From the human T2T-CHM13v2.0 reference genome, Homo sapiens, in NCBI RefSeq assembly GCF_009914755.1, contig NC_060948.1: a stretch of 64,000 nucleotides of DNA. The stretch is one strand, 5' to 3'. Positions within the stretch are counted from its first letter, which is position 1; every line of letters begins with the position of its first letter. A program made the translations under genes and the position numbers. This document shows, piece after piece, positions 33,349 through 54,130 of this stretch. Below the pieces are notes generated by a model, which saw nothing but the letters and a program-made list of their open reading frames with translations, ran no database searches and had not been told where the DNA came from.

Positions 33349-35453
33349 AGATCCATATTTTTTAAATGAAAAAAAATTTCAAAGATACTCTGCTTGGTAC
33401 AATAATCAAATGTATAAACTGAGGAATAAAACATAACCATGAAACCTACTTATAACTGCATATGGAAAATACAGAGGATAATTTTTTAAATAACATATTT
33501 TGAAAGCCTTAACTAGTAATTTGAAGAGTTGGCATTTGAAAGGCCAGTATGAATATACCTTCAAAGCAGCAACACAGGTTCCCCATGAGAAAAAGCAAAC
33601 TCAGGGAAAATAAAACCACAAAGGTTCAATCTCTTCTGACCTTTGAAAGACACAGCACAGACAGTGGTCCTTAGGACGAAGAGCAGGAGACCCCTAATTC
33701 CGTCACCATGGCGATAGGGCATAAACATTGCTGGGTGAGGGCACAATCCACATTGTGAGGTCCAACTGCTGCCAGGAAGACAGGAGTGCTTTTACATAGA
33801 CCGAAAGGTCATTGAAGGCTCAGAGTTTTGTTTCAAGAACTGAATCCCAAGCCCACACGTTATTAGGCTGCGCTTCTTAAAACAAGTTATGAGATGGGAA
33901 AAAGGGCACCCACAAACATACGTATACATTATGTATATAATAATATACAGTATCATATATATAATATATATAACCTATGTATAATATTGTTTTACATCCT
34001 GCATCTTATATTATATATATTGTATAAAATATAATAATTGATAATATATAAGTTTTATATTTATACAATATGACATATAGTATATATTATAATTTATGAC
34101 ATATATAATATATGTTATATATCATATATAGAATATATTATACGGTAAATATACGTATTAAATATAAATTATACATTATATATATTATATAAAATATATC
34201 TGTTATATATAATACCCATTATGCATAATATATATATTATGTCTATGTTATATATAGTATAAAACAACATATAATAATATATAATTGTATATATAAAATG
34301 CGACATATAATATATATTACATTTTATGACATATGTAATATATATTATATATTATAAATAATACGTTGTATGTATAATACCTATATTAAATATATATTAT
34401 ATGACTATGTTATTAATTACATGTCACATATGTTATATATTATATATTTTACATAGAATATACCGGTTACATACAATATATACTATGTTACCTATAATGT
34501 ATAATTTATTACATGTAAAATAAAGAATGCAATATATTATGTATATTTTATAATGTACAATATGTGGAATGTGATATATATAACATATAATATATGATAT
34601 ATGATATACAGTATATGATATATAACATACAATATATGATACCTAATATATATGGTATACAATATATATTTTATGATATGTATTCTCTATGTTTTATATT
34701 CTGTTATATATAACTATTTGAAATTATATATAACTATATAATATTTTATGTAAATATGTAATATAATATATGTAACTATATAATATATTATATATAACTA
34801 TATATTATGTTATATATACTTTTATAACATAATTTTCTTAAAATATCATAATATAATATATATTATATTATTTCATATTACATAATATATATTACATATC
34901 ACCCAATATAAGTAACATACACAATATTATAATATAGATTATATTATGTTATATTAAATATCATATATATCATGTATCATATATTCTATAATATCTATTA
35001 TACATTATATAATATGTATGTTGTCTATTATATGATATATATAACTATATATATAATTATATTATTATACATATAGCTAGATAAACATGTAATTCTACAT
35101 ATTTTCATTTATAATATATAGAATTATATAATCATATATAATTATTTATATTCTATAAAAAATTATATCATTATATAAATTATAATATATAAAAATTATA
35201 ATATGTACTACAAATATATATATTATATATCATATATGATATAGTACCTTTGTTATATATCATAATACATATAAATGTGTATTATGTCATCTATAATTAT
35301 ATAATTTCATATATAAGATGTATAATATGTATTATATATTATATATGTTATGTAATATATATAGTATGTATAAGATGACACAGGATAAATATTATATACT
35401 ATGACATATAAAATATATGAGGTTATATGTTACATATAAGGCATAGCAAATAA

Positions 35454-35768
<315 letters not shown>

Positions 35769-37884
35769 AGATCCATATTTTTTAAATGAAAAAAAATTTC
35801 AAAGGTACTCTGCTTGGTACAATAATCAAATGTATAAACTGAGGAATAAAACATAACCATGAAACCTACTTATAACTGCATATGGAAAATACAGAGGATA
35901 ATTTTTTAAATAACATATTTTGAAAGCCTTAACTAGTAATTTGAAGAGTTGGCATTTGAAAGGCCAGTATGAATATACCTTCAAAGCAGCAACACAGGTT
36001 CCCCATGAGAAAAAGCAAACTCAGGGAAAATAAAACCACAAAGGTTCAATCTCTTCTGACCTTTGAAAGACACAGCACAGACAGTGGTCCTTAGGACGAA
36101 GAGCAGGAGACCTCTAATTCCGTCACCATGGCGATAGGGCATAAACATTGCTGGGTGAGGGCACAATCCACCTTGTGAGGTCCAACTGCTGTCAGGAAGA
36201 CAGGAGTGCTTTTACATACACCGAAAGGTCATTGAAGGCTCAGAGTTTTGTTTCAAGAACTGAATCCCAAGCCCACACGTTATTAGGCTGTGCTTCTTAA
36301 AACAAGTTATGAGATGGGGAAAAGGGCACTCACAAACATACGTATACATTATGTATATAATAATATACAGTATCATATTTATAATATATATAACCTATTT
36401 ATAATATTGTTTTACATCCTGCATCTTATATTACATATAGTATAAAATATAATAATTGATAATATATAAGTTTTATATTTCTACAATATGACATATAGTA
36501 TATATTATAATTTATGTCATATGTATGTTATATATCATATATAGAATATATTATACGGTTAATATACGTATTAAATATAAATTATACATTATATATATTA
36601 TATATAATATATCTGTAATATATAATACTCATTATGCATAATATATATATTATGTCTATGTTATATAGAGTATAACACAACATATAATAATATATAATTG
36701 TATATATAAAATGCGACATATTATATATATTATATGACATATGTAATATATATTATATATTATATATAATACGTTGTATGTATAATACCTATATTAAATA
36801 TATATTATATGACTACGTTATTAATTACATGTCACATATGTTATATATTATATATTTTACATAGAATATACCGGTTACATACAATATATACTCTGTTACC
36901 TATAATGTATAATTTATTACATGTAAAATAAATAATGCAATATATTATGTATAATTTATAATATACAATATGTGGAATGTGATATATATAACATATAATA
37001 TATGATATATGATATACAGTATATGATATATAACATACAATATATGATACCTAATATATATGGTATACAATATATATTTTATGATATGTATTCTCTATGT
37101 TTTATATTCTGTTATATATAACTATTTGAAATTATATATAACTGTATAATATTTTATGTAAATATGTAATATAATATATATAACCATATAATATATTATA
37201 TATAACTATATATTATGTTATATATACTTTTATTACATAATTTGCATAAAATATCATAATATAATATATATTATATTATTTCATATTACATAATATATAT
37301 TACATATCACCCAATATAAGCAACATACATAATATTATAATATAGATTGTATTATGTTATATTAAATATCATATATATCATGTATCATATATTCTATAAT
37401 ATATATTATAGATTATATAATATGTATGTTGTCTATTATGTGATATATATAACTATATATATATTTATATTATTATATATATAACTAGATAAACATGTAA
37501 TTCTACATATTTTCATTTATAATATATAGAATTATATAATCATATATAATTATTTATATTCTATAAAAAATTATATCATTATATAAATTATAATATATAA
37601 AAATTATAATATGTACTAGAAATATATATATTATATATCATATATGATATAGTACCTTTGTTATATATCATGATACATATAAATGTGTATTATGTTATCT
37701 ATAAGTATATAATTTCATATATAAGTTATATAATATGTATTATATATTATATATGTTATGTAATATATATAGTATATATAAGATGACACAGGATAAATAT
37801 TATATACTATGACATATAAAATATATGAGGTTATATGTTACATATAAGGCATAGCACATAACATGTAATATATATCATCTATAA

Positions 37885-38176
<292 letters not shown>

Positions 38177-40276
38177 AGATCCATATTTTTTAAATGAAAA
38201 AAAATTTCAAAGGTACTCTGCTTGGTACAATAATCAAATGTATAAACTGAGGAATAAAACATAACCATGAAACCTACTTATAACTGCATATGGAAAATAC
38301 AGAGGATAATTTTTTAAATAACATATTTTGAAAGCCTTAACTAGTAATTTGAAGAGTTGGCATTTGAAAGGCCAGTATGAATACACCTTCAAAGCAGCAA
38401 CACAGGTTCCCCATGAGAAAAAGCAAACTCAGGGAAAATAAAACCACAAAGGTTCAACCTCTTCTGACCTTTGAAAGGGACAGCACAGACAGCGGTCCTT
38501 AGGACGAAGAGCAGGAGACCCCTAATCCCGTCACCATGGCGATAGGGCATAAACATTGCTGGGTGAGGGCGCAATCCACATTGTGAGGTCCAACTGCTGC
38601 CAGGAAGACAGGAGTGCTTTTACATAGAACGAAAGGTCATTGAAGGCTCAGAGTTTTGTTTCAAGAACTGAATCCCAAGCCCACAGCTTATTACGCTGCG
38701 CTTCTTAAAACAAGTTATGAGATGGGAAAAAGGGCACCCACAAACTTACGTATACATTATGTATATAATAATATACAGTATCATATACATAATATATAAA
38801 CTATGTATAATATTGTTTTACATCCTGCATCTTATATTATATATATTGTATAAAATATAATAATTGATAATATATAAGTTTTATATTTAAACAATGTGAC
38901 ATATAGTATATATTATAATTTATGACATATATAATATATGTTATATATCATATATAGAATATATTACACGGTTAATATACGTATTAAATATAAATTATAC
39001 CTCATATATATTATATATAATATATCTGTTATATATAACACCCATTATGCATAATATATATATTATGTCTATCTTATATATAGTATAAAACAACATATAA
39101 TTATATATAATTTTATATATAAAATGTGACATATAATATATATTATATTTTATGACATAGGTAATATAAATTATATATTATATATAATACGTTGTATGTA
39201 TAATACCTATATTAAATATATATGATAGGACTATGTTATTAATTACATGTCACATATGTTATATATTATATATTTTACGTAGAATATACCGGTTACATAC
39301 AATATATACTATGTAACCTATAATGTATATTTTTTTATATGTAATATAAAGAATGTCATATATTATGTATAATTTATAATATAAAATATGTGGAATGTGA
39401 TATATATAAAATATAATATATGATATATGATATAGAGTATATGATATATAACATACAATATATGATACCTAATATATATGGTATACAATATATATTTTAT
39501 GATATGAATTCTATATGTTTTATATTCTGTTATATATAACTATTTGAAATTATATATAACTGTATAATATTTTATGTAAATATGTAATATACTATATATA
39601 ACTATATAATATATTATATATAACTATATATTATGTTATATATGCTTTTATAACATAATTTACATAAAATATCATAATATAATATATATTATATTATTTC
39701 ATATTAGATAATATATATTACATATCACCCAATATAAGTAACATACATAATATTAAAATATAGATTATATTATGTTATATTAAATATCATATATATCATG
39801 TATCATATATTCTGTAATATATATTATACATTATATAATATGCATGTTGTCTATTATGTGATGTATATAACTATATATATAATTATATTATTATACATAT
39901 AACTACATAAACATGTATTTCTATATATTTTCATTTATAATATATAGAATTATATAATCATATATAATTATTTATATTCTATAAAAAATTATATCATTAT
40001 ATAAATAATATATTAAAATTATAATATGTACTACAAATAAATATATTATATATCTTATATGATATAGTACCATTGTTATATATCATATTACATATAAATG
40101 TGTATCATGTTATCTATAATTATATAATTTCATATATAAGAGGTATAATATGTATTATATATCATGTATGTTATGTAATATATATAGTATATATAAGATG
40201 ACACAGGATAAATATTATATACTATGACATATAAAATATATGAGGTTATATGTTACATATAAGGCATAGCACATAA

Positions 40277-40591
<315 letters not shown>

Positions 40592-42689
40592 AGATCCATA
40601 TTTTTTAAATGAAAAAAAATTTCAAGGGTACTCTGCTTGGTACAATAATCAAATGTATAAACTGAGGAATAAAACATAACCATGAAACATACTTATAACT
40701 GCATATGGAAAATACAGAGGATAATTTTTTAAATAACATATTTTGAAAGCCTTAACTAGTAATTTGAAGAGTTGGCATTTGAAAGGCCAGTATGAATACA
40801 CCTTCAAAGCAGCAACACAGGTTCCCCATGAGAAAAAGCAAACTCAGGGAAAATAAAACCACAAAGGTTCAACCTCTTCTGACCTTTGAAAGGCACAGCA
40901 CAGACAGTGGTCCTTAGGACGAAGAGCAGGAGACCCCTAATCCCGTCACCATGGCGATAGGGCATAAACATTGCTGGGTGAGGGCGCAATCCACATTGTG
41001 ATGTCCAACTGCTGCCAGGAAGACAGGAGTGCTTTTACATAGACCGAAAGGTCATTGAAGGCTCAGAGTTTTGTTTCAAGAACTGAATCCCAAGCCCACA
41101 GCATATTACGCTGCGCTTCTTAAAACAAGTTATGAGATGGGAAAAAGGGCACCCACAAACTTACGTATACATTATGTATATAATAATATACAGTATCATA
41201 TATATAATATATATAACCTATCTATAATATTGTTTTACATCCTGCATCTTATATTATATATATTGTATAAAATATAATAATTGATAATATATAAGTTTTA
41301 TATTTATACAATATGACATATAGTATATATTATAATTTATGGCATATATAATATATGTTATATATCATATATAGAATATATTACACGGTTAATATACGTA
41401 TTAAATATAAATTATACATCATATATATTATATATAATATATCTGTTATATATAACACCCATTATGCATTATATATATATTATGTCTATGTTATATATAG
41501 TATAAAACAACATATAATAATATATAATTGTATATATAAAATGTGACATATAATATATATTATATTTTATGACATATGTAATATAAATTATATATTATAT
41601 ATAATACGTTGTATGTATAATACCTATATTAAATATATATGATAGGACTATGTTATTAATTACATGTACCATATGTTATATATTATATATTTTACGTAGA
41701 ATATACCGGTTACATTCAATATATACTATGTTACCAATAATGTATAATTTATTACATGTAATATAAAGAATTTCATATATTATATATAATTTATAATATA
41801 CAATATGTGGAATGTGATATATATAACATATAATATATGAAATATGATATACAGTATATGATATATAACATACAATATATGATACCTAATATATATGGTA
41901 TACAATATATATTTTATGATATGAATTCTATATGTTTTATATTCTGTTATATATAACTATTTGAAATTATATATAACTGTATAATATTTTACGTAAATAT
42001 GTAATATAATATATATAACTATATAATATATTATATATAACTATATGTTATGTTATATATACTTTTATAACATAAATTAGATAAAATATCATAATATAAT
42101 ATATATTATATTATTTCATATTAGATAATATATATTACATATCACCCAATATAAGTAACATACATAATATTAAAATATAGATTATATTATGTTATATTAA
42201 ATATCATATATATCATGTATCATATATTCTATAATATATATTATATATTATATAATATGCATGTTGTCTATTATGTGATATATATAACTATATATATAAT
42301 TATATTATTATACATATAACTACATAAACATGTAATTCTATATATTTTCATTTATAATAAATAGAATTATATAATCATATATAATTATTTATATTCTATA
42401 AAAAATTTTATCATTATATAAATTATAAAATATTAAAATTATAATATGTACTACAAATATATATATTATATATCATATATGTTATAGTACCTTTGTTATA
42501 TATCATAGTACATATAAATGTGTATTATGTTATCTATAATTATATAATTTCATATATAAGATGTATAATATGTATTATATATTATATATGTTATGTAATA
42601 TATATAGTATATATAACATGACACAGGATAAATATTATATACTATGACATATAAAATATATGAGGTTATATGTTACATATAAGGCATAG

Positions 42690-43010
<321 letters not shown>

Positions 43011-45115
43011 AGATCCATATTTTTTAAATGAAAAAAAATTTCAAAGGTACTCTGCTTGGTACCATAATCAAATGTATAAACTGAGGAATAAAACACAACC
43101 ATGAAACATACTTATAACTGCATATGGAAAATACAGAGGATAATTTTTTAAATAACATATTTTGAAAGCCTTAACTAGTAATTTGAAGAGCTGGCATTTG
43201 AAAGGCCAGTATGAATACACCTTCAAAGCAGCAACACAGGTTCCCCATGAGAAAAAGCAAACTCAGGGAAAATAAAACCACAAAGGTTCAACCTCTTCTG
43301 ACCTTTGAAAGGCACAGCACAGACAGTGGTCCTTAGGACGAAGAGCAGGAGACCCCTAATCCCGTCACCATGGCGATAGGGCATAAACATTGCTGGGTGA
43401 GGGCGCAATCCACATTGTGAGGTCCAACTGCTGCCAGGAAGACAGGAGTGCTTTTACATAGACCGAAAGGTCATTGAAGGCTCAGAGTTTTGTTTCAAGA
43501 ACTGAATCCCAAGCCCACACGTTATTAGGCTGCGCTTCTTAAAACAAGTTATGAGATGGGAAAAAGGGCACCCACAAACAGACGTATACATTATGTATAT
43601 AATAATATACAGTATCATATATATAATATATATAACCTATCTATAATATTGTTTTACATCCTGCATCTTATATTATATATATTGAATAAAATATAATAAT
43701 TGATAATATATAAGTTTTATATTTATACAATATGACATATAGTATATATTATAATTTATGGCATATATAATATATGTTATATATCATATATAGAATATAT
43801 TATACGGTTAATATACGTATTAAATATAAATTATACATCATATATATTATATATAATATATCTGTTATATATAACACCCATTATGCATAATATATATATT
43901 ATGTCTATGTTATATATAGTGTAAAACAACATATAGTAATATATAATTGTATATATAAAATGTGACATATAATATATATTATATTTTATGACATAAGTAA
44001 TATATATTATATATTATATATAATACGTTTTATATATAATACCTATATTAAATATATATTATATGCGTATGTTATTAATTACATGTCACATATGTTATAT
44101 ATTATATATTTTACATAGAATATACCGGTTACACACAATATATACTATGTTACCTGTAATGTATAATTTAATACATGTAATATAAAGAATGTCATATATT
44201 ATATATAATTTATAATATAAAATATGTGAAATGTGATATATATAACATATAATATATGATATATGATATACAGTATATGATATATAACATACAATATATG
44301 ATACCTAATATATATGGTATACAATGTATATTTTATGATATGTATTCTATATGTTTTATATTCTGTAATATGTAACCATTTGAAATTATATACCACTGTA
44401 TAATATTTTATGTAAATATGTAATATAATATATATAACTATATAATATATTATATATAACTATATAGTATGTTATATATAGTTTTATAACATAATATACA
44501 TAAAATATCATAATATAATATATATTATATTATTTCATATTACATAATATATATTACATATCACCCAATATAAGTTACATACATAATATTAAAATATAGA
44601 TTATATTATGTTATATTAAATATCATATATATCATGTATCATATATTCCATAATATATATTATACATTATATAATATGTATGTTGTCTATTATGTGATAT
44701 ATATAACTATATATATAATTATATTATTATACATATAACTACATAAACATGTAATTCTATATATTTTCATTTATAATATATAGAATTATATAGTCATATA
44801 TAATTATTTATATTCTATAAAAAATTATATCATTATATAAATTATAATATATAAAAATTATAATATGTACTACAAATATATATATTATAAATCATATATG
44901 ATATAGTACCTTTGTTATATATCATATTACATATAATTGTGTCTTATGTTATCTATAATTATATAATTTCATATATAAGATATATAATATGTATTATATA
45001 TTTTATATGTTATGTAATATATATAGTATATATAAGATGACACAGGATAAATATTATATTCTATGACATATAAAATATATGAGGTTATATGTTACATATA
45101 AGGCATAGCACATAA

Positions 45116-45430
<315 letters not shown>

Positions 45431-47535
45431 AGATCCATATTTTTTAAATGAAACAAAATTTCAAAGGTACTCTGTTTGATACAATAATCAAATGTATAAA
45501 CTGAGGAATAAAACATAACCATGAAACATACTTATAACTGCATATGGAAAATACAGAGGATAATTTTTTAAATAACATATTTTGAAAGCCTTAACTAGTA
45601 ATTTGAAGAGTTGGCATTTGAAAGGCCAGTATGAATATACCTTCAAAGCGGCAACACAGGTTCCCCATGAGAAAAAGCAAACTCAGGGAAAATAAAACCA
45701 CAATGGTTCAATCTCTTCTGACCTTTGAAAGACACAGCACAGACAGTGGTCCTTAGGACGAAGAGCAGGAGACCCCTAATTCCGTCACCATGGCGATAGG
45801 GCATAAACATTGCTGGGTGAGGGCACAATCCACATTGTGAGGTCCAACTGCTGCCAGGAAGACAGGAGTGCTTTTACATAGACCGAAAGGTCATTGAAGG
45901 CTCAGAGTTTTGTTTCAAGAACTGAATCCCAAGCCCACACGTCATTATGCTGCGCTTCTTAAAACATGCTATGAGATGGGAAAAAGGCTACCCACAAACA
46001 TACGTATACATTATGTATATAATAATATACAGTATCATATATATAATATAAATAACCTATGTATAATATTGTTTTACATCCTGCATCTTATATTATATAT
46101 ATTCTGTAAAATATAATAATTGATAATATATAAGTTTTATATTTATACAATATGACATATAGTACATATTATAATTTATGACATATATAATATATATTAT
46201 ATATCATATTTGGAATATATTTTACGGTTAATATACGTATTAAATATAAATTATACATTATATATATTATATATAATATATCTGTTATATATAATACCCA
46301 TTATACATAATATATATATTATGTCTATGTTATATATAGTATAAAACAACATATAATAATATATCATTGTATATATAAAATATGACATATAATATATATT
46401 ATATTTTATAACTTATGTAATATATGTTATATATTATATATAATACGTTGTATGTATAATACCTATATTAAATATATATTATATGAGTATGTTATTAATT
46501 ACATGTCACATATGTTATATATTATATATTTTACATAGAATATACCGGTTACACACAATATATATTATGTTACCTATAATGTATAATTTATTACATGTAA
46601 TATAAAGTATGTCATATATTATATATAATTTATAATATACAATATGTGTAATGTGATATATATAACATATAATATATGATATATGATATACAGTATATGA
46701 TATATAACATACAATATATGATACCTAATATATATGGTATACAATGTATATTTTATGATATGTATTCTATATGTTTTATATCCTGTAATATATAACCATT
46801 TGAAATTATATACCACTGTATAATATTTTATGTAAATATGTAATATAATATATATAACTATATAATATATTATATATAACTATATAGTATGTTATATATA
46901 GTTTTATAACATAATATACATAAAATATCATAATATAATATATATTATATTATTTCATATAACATAATATATATTACATATCACCAAATATAAGTTACAT
47001 ACATAATATTAAAATATAGATTATGTTATGTTATATTAAATATCATATATATCATGTATCATATATTCCATAATATATATTATACATTATATAATATGTA
47101 TGTTGTCTATTATGTGATATATATAACTACATATATAATTATATAATTATACATATAACTACATAAACATGTAATTCTATATATTTTCATTTATAATATA
47201 TAGAATTATATAGTCATATATAATTATTTATATTCTATAAAAAATTATATCATTATATAAATTATAATATATAAAAATTATAATATGTACTACAAATATA
47301 TATATTATAAATCATATATGATATAGTACCTTTGTTATATATCATATTACATATAATTGTGTATTATGTTATCTATAATTATATAATTTCATATATAAGA
47401 TATATAATATGTATTATATATTTTATATGTTATGTAATATATATAGTATATATAAGATGACACAGGATAAATATTATATTCTATGACATATAAAATATAT
47501 GAGGTTATATGTTACATATAAGGCATAGCACATAA

Positions 47536-47850
<315 letters not shown>

Positions 47851-49951
47851 AGATCCATATTTTTTAAATGAAAAAAAATTTCAAAGGTACTCTGCTTGGT
47901 ACAATAATCAAATGTATAAACTGAGGAATAAAACATAACCATGAAACATACTTATAACTGTATATGGAAAATACAGAGGATAATTTTTTAAATAACATAT
48001 TTTGAAAGCCTTAACTAGTAATTTGAAGAGTTGGCATTTCAAAGGCCAGTATGAATATACCTTCAAAGCAGCAACACAGGTTCCCCATGAGAAAAAGCAA
48101 ACTCAGGGAAAATAAAACCACAAAGGTTCAATCTCTTCTGACCTTTGAAAGACACAGCACAGACAGTGGTCCTTAGGACGAAGAACAGGAGACCCCTAAT
48201 TCCATCACCATGGCGATAGGGCATAAACATTGCTGGGTGAGGGCACAATCCACATTGTGAGGTCCAACTGCTGCCAGGAAGACAAGAGTGCTTTTACATA
48301 GACCGAAAGGTCATTGAAGTCTCAGAGTTTTGTTTCAAGAACTGAATCCCAAGCCCACACGTTATTATGCTGTGCTTCTTAAAACAAGTTATGAGATGGG
48401 AAAAAGGGCACCCACAAACATACTTATACATTATGTATATAATAATATACAGTATCATATATATAATATATATAACCTATATATAATATTGTTTTACATC
48501 CTGCATCTTGTATTATATATATTGTATAAAATATAATAATTGATAATATATAAGTTTTATATTTATACAATATGACATATAGTATATATTATAATTTATG
48601 ACATATATAATATTTGTTATATATCAGATATAGAATATATTATACTTTTAATATACGTATTAAATATAAATTATACATTATATATATTATATATAATATA
48701 TCTGATATATATAATACCCATTATACATAATATATATATTATGTCTATGTTATATATAGTATAAAACAACATATAATAATATATAATTGTATATATAGAA
48801 TGTGACATATAATATATATTATATTTTATGACATATGTAATATATATTATATATTATATATAATATGTTGTATGTATAATACCTATATTAAAGATATATT
48901 ATATGATGATGTTATTAATTACATGTCACATATGTTATATATTTTATATTTTACATGGAATATACCGGTTACATATAATATATGCTATGTTACCTATAAT
49001 GTATAATTTATTACATGTCATATAATGAATGTCATATATTTTGTATAATTTATAATATATAATATGTGGAATGTGATATATATAACATATAATATATGAT
49101 GTATGATATAGAGTATATGATATATAACATACAATATATGATACAAAATATATATTGTATACAATATATATTTTATGATATGAATTCTATATGTTTTATA
49201 TTCTGTTATATATAACTATGTGAAATTATATATAAATGTATAATATTTTATGTAAATATGTAATATAATATATATAACTAAGAAATATATTATATATAAC
49301 TATAAATTATGTCTTATATAGTTTTATTACACTTTACATAAAATATCATAATATAATGTATATTATATTATTTTATATTACATAATATATATTATATATC
49401 ACATAATATAAGTTACATACATAATATTAAAATATAGATTATATTATGATATATTAAATATCATGTATATCATGTATCATATATTGTATAATATATATTA
49501 TACATTTTATATTATATATGTTGTCTATTATGTGATATATATAATTATATATATAATTACATTATTATACATATAACTACATAAAATGTAATTCCATATG
49601 TTTTCATTTACAGTATATATAATTATATAATCATATATATTTATTTATATTCTAGAAAAAATTATATCATTATATAAATAATAATATATAAAAATTATAC
49701 TATGTACTAAAATATATATATTATATATCATATATGATATAGTATATTTGTTATATATCATATTACATATAACTATATATTATGTTATCTATAATAATAT
49801 ATTTTCATATATAAGATGTATAATATGTATTATATATTATAAATGTTATGTAATATATATAGTATACATAAGATGACACAGGATAAATATTATATACTAT
49901 GACATATAAAATATATGAGGTTATATGTTACATATAAGGCATAGCACATAA

Positions 49952-50266
<315 letters not shown>

Positions 50267-52364
50267 AGATCCATATTTTTTAAATGAAAAAAAATTTCAA
50301 AGGTACTCTGCTTGGTACAGTAATCAAATCTATAAACTGAGGAATAAAACATAACCGTGAAACATACTTATAACTGCATATGGAAAATACAGAGTATAAT
50401 TTTTTAAAATAACATATTTTGAAAGCCTTAACTAGTAATTTGAAGAGTTTGCATTTGAAAGGCCAGTATGAATATACCTTCAAAGTAGCAACACAGGTTC
50501 CAAATGAGAACAATCAAACTCAGGGAAAATAAAACCACAAATGTTCACTCTGTTCCGACCTTTGAAAAACACAGCACAGACAGTGGCACTTAGGACCAAG
50601 AGCAGGAGATCCCTAATCCCGTCACCATGGCGATAGGGCATAAACATTGCGGGGTGAGGGCACAATCCACATTGTGAGGTCCAATTGCTGCCAGGAAGAC
50701 AGGAGTGCTTTTACATAGACCGAAAGGTCATTGAAGGCTCAGTGTTTCGTTTCAAAACCTGAATCCCAAGCCCACACGTTATTATGCTGCGCTTCTTAAA
50801 ACAAGTAATGAGAAGGGAAATAGGGCACCCACAAACATACGTATATATTATGTATATAATAATATACAGTATCATATATATAATATATATAACCTATGTT
50901 TAATATTGTTTTACATCCTGCATCTTATATTATATATATTATATGTAATATAATAATTGATAATATATAAGTTTATATTTATACAATATGACTTATAATA
51001 TATATTATGTTTTATGACATATATAATATAGATTATATATCATATATTGAATATACTATACGGTTAATATACATATTAAATATATAATATACATTATATA
51101 TATTATATCTACGTCATATATAACATTAACTATAGATAATATATATATTATATCTAGCTTATATATAATATAAAATAACAGATAATAATATATAATTGTA
51201 TATATATAATATGACATATAATATATATTATATTTTATGACATATATATCATATATATTATATATTATATATAATACGTTGTATGTATAATACATATATT
51301 ATATATATATTATAAGTCTAAATTATTAATTATATGTAATATATGTTATATATTACATATTTTACATTTAATACACATGTTACATACAATATATACTATG
51401 TTACATGTAACCTAGAATTTATTATATATAATATAATGTATGTCATATATTATATATACTTTATAGTATACAATATGTGGAATGTGATATATATAACATG
51501 TAATATATGATATATGATATACGATATATGATATATAATATACAATATATGATACATTATATATATGGTATACAATATATATTTTATGATATATATTATA
51601 TATGTTTTATATTATATTATACATAACTATTTAATTATATATAACTCTATAATATTGTAGGTAAATATATAATATAATACATATAACCATATATTATGTT
51701 ATTTATAATTTTATTACGTACATTCAATAATATATCATAATATAATATATATTATATTATATTATTTTATATTACATAATATATATTATATATCACATAG
51801 TATGTGTTACATACATAATATTTAAATATATATTATATTATGATATATTAAATATTATATATATTATGTATGCTATAGTGTATAATATATATTATATATT
51901 ATATAATATGCAGGGTGTCTATTATATGATATATATTATTATATATATAATTATATTATACATATAATGATATAAATATGTAATTATATTTATCATTATT
52001 TATATTACATATAGTTATATAATCATATATAATAATTTATTTTATAAAAATAATTATATCATAATATAAATTATAGTATATATAAATTATAATATGTGAT
52101 AAATAATATATATTATATATCATATATGATATAGTGTATATGTTATATATCATATTATATATCAATTTACGTTATGATATCTATAATTATATATTTTCAT
52201 ATATAAGATGTATAATATGAATTATATATTATATATGTTATTAAATATATACTTTATATAAAATGACACAGGATAAATGTTATATATTATGACATATGAT
52301 ATATATGCGGTTATATATTATATATGAAGCATATTACATAACATATAATATATATCATATATAA

Positions 52365-52656
<292 letters not shown>

Positions 52657-53144
52657 AGATCCATATTTTTTAAATGAGAAAAAATTTCAAAGTTATTCTG
52701 CTTGGTACAATAATCAAATATATAAACTGAGGGTTAAAACATAACCTTGGAACATATTTATAACTGCATATGGATAATACAGAGGATAATTTTTTAAATA
52801 ACATATTTTGAAAGCATTAACTGGTAATTTGAAGAGTTGGCATTTGAAAGGCCAGTATGAATATACCTTCAAAGCAGCAACACAGGTTCCCCATGAGAAA
52901 AATCAAACTTAGGGAAAATAAAACCAGAAAGGTTCAATCTTTTCTGACCTTTGAAAGACACAGCACAGACAGTGGTCCTTAGGACGAAGAGCAGGAGACC
53001 CCTAATTCCGTCACCATGGCGATAGGGCATAAACATTGCTGGGTGAGGGCACAATCCACATTGTGAGGTCCAACTGCTGCCAGGAAGACAGGAGTGCTTT
53101 TACATAGACCCAAAGTTCATTGAAGGCTCAGTGTTTTGTTTCAA

Positions 53145-54115
53145 AAACTGAATCCCAAGCCCACAGGTTATTATGCTGTGCTTCTTAAAAAAAGTTATGA
53201 GATGGGATATAGGGCACCCACAATTATATCTATACATTATGTATATAATAATATATAGAATCATATATATAATATATTTAACATATATATATAATACTGT
53301 TTTACATCCTGCAGTTATATTATATATATTATATGTATTATAATAACTGGTAATGTATAAGTATTATATTTATACACTATGACATATAATAATTATATTT
53401 TATGCCGTATATAATATATATTATATACCATATACCAAATATATTATATGGTTAATATACGTATTAAATATATAATATACATTATATATATTATATCTAC
53501 GTTATATATAACATTCACTATAGTTAATATATATATTATATCTAGCTTATATATAATATAAAATAACATATAATAATATATAACTGTATATATAAAATAT
53601 GACATATAATATATATTATATTTTATGACATATATATGATATGTATTATATATTATATATAATATGTTGTAAGTATAATACATATATTAAATATATATTA
53701 TATGTCTATGTTATTAATTATATGTAATATATGTTATATATTACATATTTGATATAGAATACACATGTTACATAGTATATATTCTATGTTACATATAACG
53801 TAGAATTTATTATGTGTAATATAATGTATGTCATATATTATAAATTCCTTATAATATACAATATGTGGAATGTGATATATATAACTTGTAATATATGATA
53901 TATGATATACAATATATGTTATATAACATACAATATATGATACATAATATATATGGTATAGAATATATATTATATATGTTTTATATTTTATTATATATAA
54001 ATATTTAAAATTATATATAAATGTATAATATTATACGTAAATATATAATATACTACATATAACCATATATTATGTTATATAAAATTTTATTACATACTTT
54101 CCATAATATATCATA
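53145..54115. repeat. Truncated, divergent terminal DYZ2 unit (no Alu)
   Basis: Begins like a normal unit but ends about 970 bp in, within the AT-rich block, at ...CCATAATATATCATA. Confidence 0.9.
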
Positions 54116-54130
54116 TGGACTCCTTTGGAA
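54105..54130. other. DYZ2/DYZ1 satellite array junction
   Basis: ...AATATATCATA|TGGACTCCTTTGGAATGG...: AT-rich DYZ2 joins directly to sequence matching DYZ1 at 57560 and 61118. Confidence 0.95.
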